64,000 nt of DNA from Antedon mediterranea (Eukaryota > Animalia > Echinodermata), in assembly GCF_964355755.1 (NCBI RefSeq), contig NC_092670.1, positions 29,686,388-29,750,387 of the forward strand, read 5' to 3'. A model generated the notes under the pieces. That model was not told the DNA's origin, made no database searches, and saw nothing but the letters and a program-made list of their open reading frames with translations. The translations under genes were made by a program, and so were the position numbers. Below are positions 43,851-57,100 of the stretch, in pieces (the stretch's first letter is position 1; each line of letters starts with the position of its first letter).

Positions 43851-44657
43851 GGTGCAGGTCAAGTCGGCCCCAAACCGTCTCGGCCAACGTCAAGTCGGCC
43901 TCAAGTCAACTCGGCCTCAAGTCAACTCGGCCTCACGTCAACTCGGCCAAAAACTAATCGGTCAACTCGGCCACAATAAAGTATGGAACGCAAAAAGTGC
44001 TTAATATTATAACGATTCTTACTATCCACGTTTTAAAAAAAATGAATAAAAAATATAATATCATATAAAAAAATGAACTCATTGCCGATATGAATAGAAG
44101 TACCCGCGTGTTACAAAAAACACGTGCAGGTACCGTATTTTAGGAAATCGAAGACGGAGGCCTACGTTCCACCATTTGGCCATAGAAAAAATGATCGTAC
44201 ATCGTTTTTGTGCATGATTTGCGTTTTAAAAAAAGGGGAATCCCCCGGGTCAGCGAAAACACCTAGCAGTTGTAGATATCGAAAAAGCTGGCAAACGCGC
44301 AGGGAGGCTCAGCTACGAAATTTTATTAAGCGTAAATAATTAAAGGAAAGTTGGTGAAATCATTCCTATTTTTTTTGCTAAATATATTATTGTCTAAATA
44401 ATAATATTCATTAAAAGTCAGAATTATTCATAGTTAAAAAAGAAGAAATATTATTTTATCAATCCCCTTCATTTGCACTTTTTGCGTTCCATACTTTAAC
44501 GGGGCCGAGTTGACCGATTATTTTTTGGCCGAGTTGACGTGAGGCCGAGTTGACTTGAGGCCGAGTTGACTTGAGGCCGAGTTGTTTTGAGGCCGACTTG
44601 ACTTGGGGCCGACTTGACTTTGGCCGAGACGGTTTAGGGCCGACTTGGATTGAAACC
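43851..44657. mobile_element. MITE with long TIRs built from 15-bp tcaactcggcc repeats
   Basis: caagtcggccccaaaccgtctcggcc plus tandem gtcaactcggcctca on the left, mirrored on the right; the inversion extends to gtatggaacgcaaaaagtgc. Confidence 0.85.
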
Positions 44658-46190
44658 GTCCTGAGCTACATTGTTAATGTTATAACACAATAAACAAGCT
44701 ATGACAAAATAATTGTTTTAATGATGTTATCACTATACTGGAAGCGTTAATGGTTTCCCTGTTTTAAGATTTTATAGAAGTATATTATTAATTAACATTT
44801 TTTATTCACCTATGAAACACCTCTTCAAATACATGGAAATAGGAAATGCAACAAAAATAGAAAGATATAATTTATTGAAATGCTTGAAATGTAATGTACA
44901 GTAATACAATAATTATATAAAAATGTTTTCTTCTGCTGACACTGAATACATCATTTCATGTCTTTCATTTCTTCTTTTTTATCTTCTTTCCCGTTATATA
45001 AAATAAAACATTAAATAATGAAGCAACTATTCATTAATTTATTTCAACAATATTTTATGAGGGTGGTCCATCCAGCCGAAGCTCATCATTAGGGACCCTC
45101 ACAAAAAATATAATTTGACAAGACAATAACACACAACATTCAAAATAAATAGAATTTCTAAAAAATTAACAACATAATTAAACACAAAATATTTCTTTAT
45201 GAAAAAAAATATAAAACATGTTTTGTTATAGCCATAATATGACCATACCTGTAACAGCGTCCTCTATAGATCGATGCCCTATCTATGAGGCTTCCATACT
45301 TTAAGTTTTAGCGATAGTTTTAGCGATGATTTTCGCGAAGCTAAGCTGGCAATGGATTTCTGAAGGGTGCTCGGCGCTAATGCAGTTTTGTACCCACCCC
45401 TTAAAATTACTTTCAACCAATACTTCATCTAACCTACTCACGGGTTGTCTACAACATTCTGCAAGCACAAAATGGTAAAATATCGATAATTTCTTATTTA
45501 TAACTATTTTTAATCAATTAATAATTGAGCACCCGGCGCTTATATTTATTGGTTTAACCAATCAAAGATTAAAGCGCACATGGCGTTCTATACAGATGAC
45601 GATTTTACACTGGCGGGCGCTTTTGGTTGGTCGGCCGCTTCGACCATACTCCGCAAATATAGGCCTAGCTAGTCTAGCCTAGGCTACAGCCTACCTAGCT
45701 AGGCCTAGCTAGGCCTAGATAATCCAACATGTCATGATGGTGATGGCATAATCTCGTACGTTAATGACACTTACACCGTAGATTTAGAATATATTGTAAA
45801 GATCATTTCTCCATGTTGCGTCGTTTAAAATACGGGATTTATCGAGAAAATTAGACTTTTATACAACATTTGTATCCACCTCATGGTGGTCAGGACTTGC
45901 TATTGCTTGCTGCATCACATGTCGTAAATATTGTTAAATACCGCGAATGCGACGAAGCGCGACTGAATCACGATACGCGCGTAATAAAATCGGAGATATT
46001 AATATTATTATTATTTATATTAACCTTTTTTTTTAGAAATAACAATTATTAAATCACTGGCTGTTTCTAAAATCCAGTATTTTTTTTATGTTCCTACACA
46101 TATTTTCCCTATATAGTTGAAAAAGAAATTCATTTTCTATGGGGAGGAAAAAGACAAAAAACAACTCTTTCTTACTTAATAAAATGAAGA

Positions 46191-46463
46191 TGTTAATATG
46201 TCTAGCTATGTGCCAGTAGGCAAGATGATACATTTGTTATCAGTACACTTCTCCTGTATTATCAGTTGGTTTACAAATACCACCTGTAGGGCCTATCTAT
46301 ATAAATTTGTATGAGTCATATAGATAGTAGGCTATAATTCAGAATAAAATAGTTGTTAAAAAGTAGTCGAAGTGAATACATGTTTCTTTGAGTCAGCTTT
46401 ACAATACTTTACAATACATTACAATACATTACTACTGTACAAAGGTATTGGGGGTATGTAACA
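46191..46463 (+). mobile_element. Probable 5' LTR of a Gypsy element
   Basis: tgtta...taaca ends, TATA-like and AATAAA inside, followed by the PBS-like tggcgcgacgagga (46467-46480). Confidence 0.6.
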
Positions 46464-46511
46464 AACTGGCGCGACGAGGATGGGATTTTAAATTCAATTC
46501 AAAGTGATACA

Positions 46512-46919
46512 ATGACTGGAATTTCACCACCAGTAGGGCCTACCGTTTCTACCTACTCCATGCAAATCAACGTTGAATTTTTTACAATTATACACTTGCG
46601 TCTGGAAGTGACCGATGGACTGCTGAAAGAAGAAAAGCATTTTAACCCAAGATTAAACGTTGTAGCGGAAAGATACAAATTTCGTCAACGTTGTAGACAA
46701 CTCCAGGATGAAACATCAGATGAGTATGTAAGAAGAGAACTTCGACAATTATCAATTTCATGTAATTTCGGTGTAATAGCTGATGAAATGATAAGAGACC
46801 AGTTAGTTGAGAAAACTAATTCTTCCCGTATTCGCGAAAGATTACTTCTGGAACTTGAACTTACATTAAATACTGCAATAGAATGCAATGCGAACATGCT
46901 GCAAAAGAATGCCAAATAA
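46512..46919 (+). pseudogene. Truncated Gypsy (Mag-like) gag
   Basis: HFNPRLNVVAERYKFRQR..ETSDEYV..LRQLSISCNFG..DEMIRDQLV..IRERLLLE..LTLNTAI, directly downstream of the PBS. Confidence 0.8.
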
Positions 46920-47384
46920 TAGGTAAAGCTGAACTACCAGTACCTGTTGAGCAGATACGAAAGTATATGAGAGCGCAGTGTATGAGAGCTGAGTTCTAAA
47001 GAAAAAGATGAGGCAGATTTGAAGGTGGAATTGGTAGAACACGACCTAATAGAGGCGGGTAAGTCATTTCATAAGCTAGAGGCAGAAGAAGTATAGGTGC
47101 TTAGGCCATCGTTTTAGTATTAAAACCCGGAATGGAAATAAGATTTACTACATTGTCACTATCCTACAGTAAACATTGTAGGATAGTGTAAAATGTCTAG
47201 TCCTATCGACTAATGTACCTTTTACGTATTAAAAGAAACACGTTTTTCGCGATACTAATGTAAAAACAATCACTGACAACTCCGATACAATATAAAAAAG
47301 ACACTCTATAACATAGCATAATTATGACATTTTTTTAAAACTTACATAGGGAAGTTTAAAGTATCGATCTTCTAATACAGTAGA

Positions 47385-47845
47385 AAATCCCCTATAAACA
47401 AGATCCCGCTATGGCGTACAAGATCCCGTACTTTTACAAACAAAATCCCGCCATCCCGATGTTGCGTAGGCCTACAAAATCCCGATCTTGCGTAAAAAAT
47501 CCCGTACTTTTACAAACAAAAACCCGACAATCGCGATGTTGCATACAAAATCCCGATCTTGCGTACAAAATCCTTTACTTTTACAAACAAAATCCCGCCA
47601 ATCCCGATGTTGCGTACAAAATCCCATAGTCTACAAACACAATCCTGTCAATCCCGATCTTGCGTACAAAATCCCTTAATTTTATAAACAAAATCCCGCC
47701 AATCCGGATCTTGCGCGTACAAGATCCCGATGTTGCCTACAAAATCCCGTAGTTTACAAACACGATCCCGATATTGCGTACAAAATCCCGCAATTCTTTA
47801 AAAAAATCCCGTCTATCCCAATATTGTGAAAAAAAATCCCGAGTT
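47385..47845. repeat. Minisatellite of aaaatcccg(atcttgcgtac/tacttttacaaac) subunits
   Basis: More than 20 atcccg cores arranged in a ~50-70-bp higher-order unit. Confidence 0.9.
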
Positions 47846-47855
47846 TGTCCCGGTG

Positions 47856-49123
47856 CACAGTGGGCCAGAATCAATTCAAAGTGTGCCAAAAGTCCAAATT
47901 GGTAAATGTGGCAATCCAAATTTTTTAATATTGGGTTAAGAAGAAGACATCTTAAATTATATAAATCCACTAATAATTTTATATTTTGTAAATTTTAATA
48001 GTGTCTTGTAACCATGGAAACTGGAAGAAACCATGACATTTCACTTAAACTGAGCAAAAAGAACAGTTTTGATAAATTTGTTGTTATTTTTTCTAGAAAA
48101 AAGCAATGGATTTGATACTGCATGAAATTGTTGTCCGTTATTAATCATATTAGAAAGTAAAAATAAAATTTTAATTATTGCTTTAATTTGTGGTTAAAAG
48201 TCACCAAATATAGCCCAAAAATACCGAAAAATCGTATTTTTAAAGTAAAACCTCTAAAATAGTTTGGATTCGCGATTTAATCAGCTATATTAGTAGTCGG
48301 AGAACCAGAAGAACTTCTCTATGCTGCATCATAAGTCTATAAGCAAAATTCACATTTAAAATATGTGCTGAAGTTTGCAATGCTTACACAATCAAGACCA
48401 GCTAAAATAAGAAAGTTCGTATCCGAATCAAGTTTACAAGTGAAGAAGCTTTGTCACTATTAGTTGAAACTGATATGACAAAACGGTCATGCCAAACAGG
48501 TTGGCTGCAAAAGGCAAACATGCAGATATTTACCCACCATTATAATAACGTGTGTCATAAGCTAAGCATAAATGCTACCCAAAAAATATAACGGTTAAAG
48601 AAGATTCGGCAAGCTTGCTGGACCAAACTGCACTTCGAATTGTTCAGGAAAGAAAAGAAGAAATTACAGAAGTAGTTGAAAATTTAGAAAGATACTTCCT
48701 CGCGATTTTGCCGACCTACACCTGCAATTCAAAAAAGAAACGACTCAACTCTTACAGGTAGAGAATGAATATGTTCAAGATGAGATAAAAAAAAAAGCTG
48801 CAACCAACGAAAATATTATTTTATATTAACTATAAACTGGCTGCAGAATAAAACAGAAAAGACAACATCTAAATACACTACAATTTTACAATTCACCATG
48901 ATTAACAAAAAGGTCGTGAATGATTTGACTGAAACCAAGTAATCAATGCAATGTTATATATGTGGAGCTACTCCAAAAACAGTTTAATGATTTGGATTAA
49001 CTCCCATCGTCAAGCGAAGAAGCCTACAGCTATTGGCTCTCGCCATTACACAAATGGAGTAGATGCTTTGAAATGCATTCATATTGGGTACAGAATGCCA
49101 GTAAAAAAGTGGCACATTAGGCA
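47856..49123 (+). mobile_element. Transib element: left TIR plus degenerate transposase, 3'-truncated
   Basis: Starts cacagtg; fragments FTSEEALSLLVETDMTK, KCYPKNITVKEDSA, LLDQTALRI, TMINKKVVNDLTET, QCYICGATPK and LSPLHKWSRCFE match Transib/RAG1-core motifs. Confidence 0.8.
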
Positions 49124-49221
49124 ATGAACATTAATTCGAAACCGCCCGGTGAAATACTGAAATTTAATTAATTAATTTGAAACGATAAAGATGAGGAAAT
49201 CTGTGAGAATGAGAAAAAGTC

Positions 49222-49292
49222 GCCCCAACCGAGACTCGAACTCGGACCGCCTGCTTGATATGCAGATGTCTTAACAATTAGACCACTGGGGC
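49222..49292 (-). mobile_element. tRNA-derived module (Asp/Glu-like, anticodon ATC) within a repeat
   Basis: gccccagtggtctaattgttaagacatctgcatatcaagcaggcggtccgagttcgagtctcggttggggc folds as a cloverleaf with A/B boxes and is followed by T5; its flanks are shared with the 63.3-kb copy. Confidence 0.75.
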
Positions 49293-49431
49293 TTTCAATG
49301 GTATTGTTCAAACTCGATTGGATAGCGACTCTTTAACATTATAGTACCACGTACCACGCCGAGAATGTTAAAGAGTCGCTATCCAATGAAAAGCTAAATC
49401 AAAACGATAAAGTAAACAGCCAGAAAAGTTA

Positions 49432-49468
49432 GCAGAGCTTTCGGGCGACACTAGCCCTTCATCAGTGC
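49432..49468 (-). ncRNA. Minimal type I hammerhead ribozyme motif
   Basis: gca-CTGATGA-a-gggc-tagtgtc-gccc-GAAA-gc-TC-tgc: intact core, 4-bp stem II, 3-bp stem I, palindromic AGCT in place of stem III. Confidence 0.75.
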
Positions 49469-49510
49469 AAGTGAAGGAATCTGGATAACGTCAGAGTATA
49501 AAGCTGGCAA

Positions 49511-49635
<125 letters not shown>

Positions 49636-49886
49636 GTAATGCAAACCATAAAGCCAATTCAATTTCATGTTTTGCACATCATTTTAGCATGTACTGTAGT
49701 AAGTGAAGCTGAAATTATGGAAACTGATAGGCCTACGCAAAAAAAATGTAAAACTTAAAATAAAAATGAAAAACTATGGTTTTCTTTGAATACAATCCAA
49801 AACCTATGATTGTTTTCCCTGCAAACGAAAAACGCCTAAATTTTCCAATTGGATCAACATTGTTAGTAGCCTAACAGCAAACTTAA

Positions 49887-50436
49887 AGAGGTATTGTCCC
49901 TTTGCCTAATTCCCAAAAAATTAAAAATTAAAGATTTCGAGAAAAAAATTGGATCACTTTGAAGTATTATAATAGTTATTAACTTTCACCAAAAATTATT
50001 CGAAAACAAAAATCATTTAACTGAAATACAGACGTTTTTTTGTTAAAAAAAATTATTTTGACTTCCAGACAAAGTTGTCGATCAAGACATATCTCAATAA
50101 TGCAACGCGCTTGTTTGGCTACTCTGTATGCATAATCATAAAATTTCCTCGCGATCTGTGTGAAAACACCTTTTCAACCATGACGAGTTGTAAACAATCC
50201 TATTTGTATCATGCATAATGTGTACTCGTGGTTTCAAATCTTTGTTTACTTTTGCTCGCGACAATTTTCCAGACGAAATTTAATCAAATTTATTTACCTG
50301 TTAATTACGTAAACTTGTTGTTTTTGGCTTGAATTTTCAACTTACAGTGAATAACTTTAATATTACTTTGATATTGCCAATTTAAATTTAGAATATTTTG
50401 ACCTTCGTTTTTTGTGTTTCATGGGACAATACATCT
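49887..50436. mobile_element. Kolobok-type MITE with TTAA TSD
   Basis: ttaa|agaggtattgtccc...gggacaatacatct|ttaa (13/14 TIR, with longer imperfect arms). Confidence 0.85.
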
Positions 50437-51162
50437 TTAAAATAAATTAATTTCTAATTTCTATGTAATGGTTGAATGGAGAAATGTTTCACAAACAATA
50501 TTTTATATTGAAATGCTTTTTTGAAACCGTGTGATTTTGGATTTTATTAGGCCTAGCCTATTCGTTTAAAAAATGGTAAGACGTAAATAGAATTGTTAAT
50601 CGGTTTTATTTTGTATACTGTTTATAGATTTTAGGTTTATAAATGATTCCCACTTGTTAACGATTGGTTTCTTTCCATATGTTTATTCCCGCCTCGTTTT
50701 CATTTTGATCGCTTCTTGACATTCTCCTCAGGAGGGGTAAAGCTGAAATAACCATTTCTGTCGTAATTTCCGATTTCCAGAGAACTGAACACATGTTTCA
50801 CATAGTCCAAAAGTCAATTGACAATTGGAAAGCTATTGAGGATTAGGCCTAATGGTTGTGATATTACAATGATAAAGTCTTGACGGTACAATTTATTGCA
50901 ACTTACTGATTAGATGGTGTACAACTTTACGTGTAATTTTAGTGTACAAGAGCAAATTTCATAACATAACATTTAACAATACTATTCAACTTAATTCCTT
51001 ATGGTAATGTTCTGGAAGCGTAGAAATCGATTAATATTTGTTAGTCTTTATGGCTTCAGTTGTTCGTTAGTGCGTCTACAAAATAGAACACTTGTCTTGT
51101 CATCTCTTCTAGATTACGAATTGAAGGCGAAGGCGATACATTATGTTGATAGAGTGCGGTTT

Positions 51163-54100
51163 TCAATGTAGCCCAGTTGAGCGTGATTCATCATCCATTT
51201 GGTGTTTTACAAGTTCCTTTCGTGCATGCCTCAAACTTGACTGAATTTCAATGACAGTGAGTGTTTCGTTACGCTTGTTCAGCAGTTCACGCTCTGTAAA
51301 AATATACAAGCTTACTATTTTAGGAATGCGTTTCAAACATGAGTTACTGCAATCTCACTGTGATCTCGTCTACTTCTCATGTGCTTAAGATGTTAACAAT
51401 AAATACTTCAAATATAGAAAACTATTACTATTATTCGGCATTTTCTATCTATTTTTTGCAATTTTACTGGAGAGACTGTATAGTAGGCCTAAATACGTAT
51501 CAATTTCTATTATCACAATTAATCAAAAAGAATTAGCTGAAAAAAGTAGTATGTAATTAAATCTAGTAAGTTCGCTGGTTGGGACATGCAGAGATGTACC
51601 TACGTTTAAAAATCAAAAGGTGGAGGTGAAAATGACTATTGTAAATATATCCGGGTCTTTTTTTAAATCTACCACCAGGCCAAACATCATTTTGTAAGGA
51701 AATATAATAATATATCTTTTCTGAAATAACCTACTCTGAGTTCCGGTTAGCAATTCATGAATTTCTTCCAAGATATTTGTGAGGGATTCAGCAAGCTCAC
51801 GTCTACTATCGAACGAATCTAACAGAAACACGTTATACAATTCTTATAATTCAACAAATTTTTATATATTGTGTTTTTGTTATAAATAGTGTTTTGTTTT
51901 TTTGTGACATAGTAATCATTCTAGCCAAATATTAAATAATAACCAACAAGTATCAATAACCAATAATAGTTCTTGAATATCGCAAAAATAATTAAATATC
52001 GCCTCTTTCGAGATTGTTGTTATTGATTACTGTAAATGTTTATAATAAATATTTAAGTCTGTCATGTCGTGAGTAAATGTAGGCCTAATGTAAATTAAAA
52101 ACTTACCCAAATCATCAAAAATTATAGAATTTCGTATGCTAAGTAGTTCATCTATAATTATTTCAATAACGTCTGAAAGATGAATACATACGACTTTTAT
52201 TTAACATAATCCTATTTACCATAATAATATTTAGCATTATATATATATAACATTCAGTGTTCAATTAAAATAAATAAAGTTTTTTTACTTGAAAAGACTT
52301 TTTAATTGATTTATTAATTATCATGATTTGAGTAATGTACACTCGGGTTTATGATGTGAACATTATGGTATGATAATTACGGTAATAATGATTATCAACG
52401 ACGTCTTTTTTTTTATAAAGAGTCAACTAACGAACAACTGTTTTTTGTTGTGTATTGATTTCATATAGCAAGTATCCCCAAACCAATGGTAGGCCTAGTC
52501 ACTGACCATGACGATGCTCTGATACGTTACGGTAACTCAACACAAGAATTTATCAATTCAACAGTTTTCCAGGTAAAATTACCATTGTTTAATATAGGTA
52601 TGTTTTACGATATGGGCCTATAGATTGTCATATAACGGCTATCAGTTTTTATTGATGTTTGTATATTTCAAACGCATCCAACAGCGAGCTACTCGCCATT
52701 TACAGGATGGATAGGCCTAAACTAATTACGTTTTACGAAATAAAAGACGTTTACCATATAATTTCAATAAAAAATTTATTGATAAAAGAGATCTCTCTTT
52801 TTGTCAATAAATTTTATATTGTAATGTAATTACGTTTTCTCTAGTTTAAAAAATGTACCGGTAATTAAATGGACCGACTCGTACAGTAGCTAATAAATAA
52901 TAATATTTTAATAATATTTACGTTATCCATCAACACATGAACATGTTTGTGAAGATTTTCTAGTGATTTACAGGAGTAAAAAAAAAGAAAAAGAGGGTGT
53001 ATCATACGTATTAGAATTACCTGTTGAGCATTGATGTACATATTCATCATCGCCCAAATAGAAACAATCGACAACGCCATCACATACAGCAGATTGGTGG
53101 ATACATTTTCCGTAAACGCACTATAAAGGGTAAACAAAAATTAGTATTGTAAGAGAGAATTACTGAAAACAAAATATGTGGGAATCGAAATCAAAATTAA
53201 TAAAATAGGCAAGAGCTAAATCAAAACGGTAAAGTAAAACCGCCAAAAAGGAAATGTCGAGAAAAAAACTATTCCATTAAGGACTACAGTAATCGTCAGG
53301 GCCGGCTATTCTATGTACACACAGGTGAATAAAAACAAGCAAAATTTAAAGACATCTAATATAAAATTCTTTATAATTAGATTGAATAAAATTAGAACGA
53401 TGGGTAAATTGAAAGCTGAAGTTATCACCACAGAGATAATGTTTCGCAACATTGCACACGTGTAGAAAGTGCCAATAATTAAGGTTCAATATCATACCTA
53501 CTTTTTTTGGCACCGTTTAAAACAAAACCAAATTACCAAAGGAAGTATTCAAGACAAACCTGATATTGATTGTAAGCACAACGACCAGGGCAATCAAGTT
53601 CATCCTCTCCTTTCTTACAGTCAAAAATCAAGCCATCACATCTCCACTCAATCGGGATACACTCAAAGCTTGAATGGCATTGGAACTGGTCATTCCGGCA
53701 GATGTTAAGTGCACATTTATCTTCGTCAGCCCGATCACTACAATCATCGAAGCCATCACATACTACAGACTTGTTTAGACAGAGATTATCTGCTTCACAT
53801 AGATACTGAGATGGGTTACACTGCCTGAATGGGCACACGCTTTCATCTACCCCATCATTACAATCGGAAAACGCGCCGTCACAGTGGTATTCCTAAATCA
53901 AATGAATTTCTATTATTCATGTGTAAAATGCAATGAAAACCTGGCATAAATTAAATGTAGGCTACTCTCGTATTCTTCATCGGGGTTAATTTAAGCGTCA
54001 ATTCAGAGTGAAATGATACACCACTAATTAATTCTTGGTAAACATTTTTAAAAAGGAGAAGAGGTGGGCTTACCTCTGGAACACACAAGCCATTTGAACA

Positions 54101-57100
54101 CCAAAATGGGTTATCGCCACATCTATTACGTCTTAAGCAAACAATATCTAACTCATCTCTAGCATCCGTGCAGTCCACATGGTCATCGCATATTTGAGCT
54201 GGATCAATGCAATGGTCAGCAGCACACTGCAACAGAAACATACACTTAGCCTATCTTTCATAGAACGACATATTATGCGAAATTGGGCACTTTAAGGTTA
54301 CATTGTAACTTCGTTTGGTCCCTGCTTAAAAATAGCACCTTTTGAAAAATCGGTAAAATTTAAATGCATATACATTTTTAAGTTTATGAAATATCTAATT
54401 CACCTGGAATTTACCAATGCAATTTGAACCACATGACCGCTCATCTTCACCGTCTGTACAATCTAAATACCCGTCACAAACTCCATCTGTCAATTCAATT
54501 CAATTCAATTTCTTTATTGCTGCAAATGCCATCAAGGGCTAATATCCACTTAAACATACTACATCATACAAACATAATTATACATATTTACATTTAAAAT
54601 TTAAACACATAAATTTTAGTCATTACTACTGTAGTAGTTATTATTATTTTTAATTAATCTGAAATAGTAACATTATTATTTAGTGCTGTTCTTTTTATTT
54701 TTGATTAATCAATATATGGGATATATTTAATAACTTCAAATTATACAATAATAATAACTTACATTTTGAAATACACGCTCCGTTTTCACAACAAAACAAA
54801 TGTGGATCATACAAACAATTCGATTCGTCCTCTTTCTCTGGGCAGTCAATAACTTCATCACATACTTCCAAACGGTCAATGCACTGGCCGTTTATGCAAA
54901 TAAAATTATTTTCTGCGCAGGCAATATTATTACAGTCCCATTCGTCCTCTCCTTCGCTGCAGTCATCGATTCCGTCACATTTATAAGCCAGAGAGACACA
55001 TTTACCATCATTACATGTCATTCTCTCTCCGCAGTTCGATACGCAGTTGCTTTCGTCTGACTCGTCAGGGCAATCAGGATAACCATTACATTTCACCCGT
55101 ATACCAATGCATGAACCGTCATCACATTCGAACTCATACTCATTACAAATTAGACATTCTATTTCGTCTTCACCATGATAACAATCACGATTTGAATCAC
55201 ACACTTTTGATCTTGGAAGACATTCTCCATCTTCGCACAAGAAACCATGACATTTTTCAACGCAATGTTTCTCATCTGACCGATCGTAACAATCAAAGTA
55301 GCCATTGCATTTTAACTCTCTGTCAATACAGGAGCCGTCGTCACATTGAAATTCATAGTCGTAGCAAGGACACAATCTTTCATCTTCACCGTAAAGACAA
55401 TTTTGTACTGTATCGCACACATTTGACGTAGATATGCAAAGTCCATCTTCACACAGAAACCCGTAGTGACAGCTATTGACGCAATTGCCTTCATCAGACC
55501 CGTCTGAACAATCTGTGTATCCATTACATTTCAATCGTCTAGGAATACATGATCCATCGTCACACTGAAACTCATAATGGCTACACGATGCGCACGATTC
55601 TTCGTCTTCTCCGTATGCACAGTCACGTACTGTGTCGCATTCCTTCTCTGACGCAATGCACTTTCCATCTTCACAGAGAAATCCGTAGTGACAACTATCA
55701 ACACAATTGTATTCATCCGATCCATCCTGACAATCAAAATAACCGTTACATTTTAACCTCCTTCTAATACACGAACCATCATTACATTTAAATTGGTAAT
55801 GATTACACGTCACACAAGATTCTTCATCTTCACCGCCAGAGCAATCCTTAACCGTATCACAAACCTTTGACGCAGAGATACATTCGTTATCGTCGCACAA
55901 GAATCCCACGTGGCACTTATTCTCACAGTCATATTCGTCCTCTCCGGTTGAACAGTCCGACTCTCCATCACAAAGGTTATAATGCTCTACACAAGAACCA
56001 TCATAACACTTAAATTGTGAGTATGTGCAAGAAGAACACTCCTGTTCATCCGTGCCATCAACACATTGTTGTGTACCATCACACAAAACATCTAGTGGGA
56101 AGCAATTACCATAGTCACAGAAGAATTTTCCAAAGCATAACTGGTTGTTTTCCGTACAATAGCTTTCATCTTCTCCATTATCACAGTCTTTATGAAGATT
56201 ACAAACCAATGCCTTAAAAAATATACGTCACTATACATTAAATCCATACACAAATAACACACAACATATACTACATAAGATACCTAAATTAATCAATGCA
56301 CCAATGCTCTAAAAAATAAACCAACAGAATAATTTAGGCATAATATAATTTCCGAAATATTAACCGCATCATACTTAAGGTATATCAAATATAAAACCTT
56401 ACGTTCGAGATACATTCTCCTGAATTGCATCTGTATTCATTCGGTGAACAAAACTCGCAATTATCCTCATCTTCAAACGAGTAGCAGTCGAACTCACCGT
56501 CACAACGCCACCTATTAGGTATACATGTACCTATACAAAAAAATATTTAAGGATTTTCTTTTAAAAATATATGTCATTATTAGTTGTCATCCTTGGCTTA
56601 GAGGCAACTACTTTTGTAAAGGCTTTGTGAAGAGAAACATGGAGATGAAACAACCGTTTCTAGAAATTCTCCCAAACCTTTAAATATTTTAAATATAATC
56701 TAAAAGTTCTTTCTTTTAAAAGAGACCTTCTATATCAACCGAATCTCTTACGGTATCATGTCAGGGATAACAAACAACCTGCAGTAGGCCTACCGCATTG
56801 GTAGAAATGGGAACGTAATTCATAAATATTAACTTAACCCTCTAAATAATCTTTCACCATATGAAAAATACAAAAAACAAATGCCCTTATTGGAGAGCTA
56901 ATGCACAAATCTATCTGCCGCGCGTTGACAGAAAAAAATAGAGTATCATATTATATGTCTTTCCGAGGACTGCTTAATGTTTATTGTCGCTAAACTTAAT
57001 CCCGCCCGACTTATACCGCTTGTGTATAGGGTGTATATTATTAAAATAATATTAAGATATTGTTTAAACAGGATCGGACTCACCTAACTGACATTGAAAT

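Noticed and set aside
47157-47188. 12-bp hairpin cactatcctaca/tgtaggatagtg
   Set aside because: Isolated, with no supporting element structure
49222-49292. Functional tRNA-Asp gene
   Set aside because: Non-standard anticodon, A at position 32, and flanks shared with another repeat copy indicate a repeat-borne module
54800-56217. Several short ORFs overlapping the large LDLa exon
   Set aside because: Antisense or off-frame shadows of the real exon
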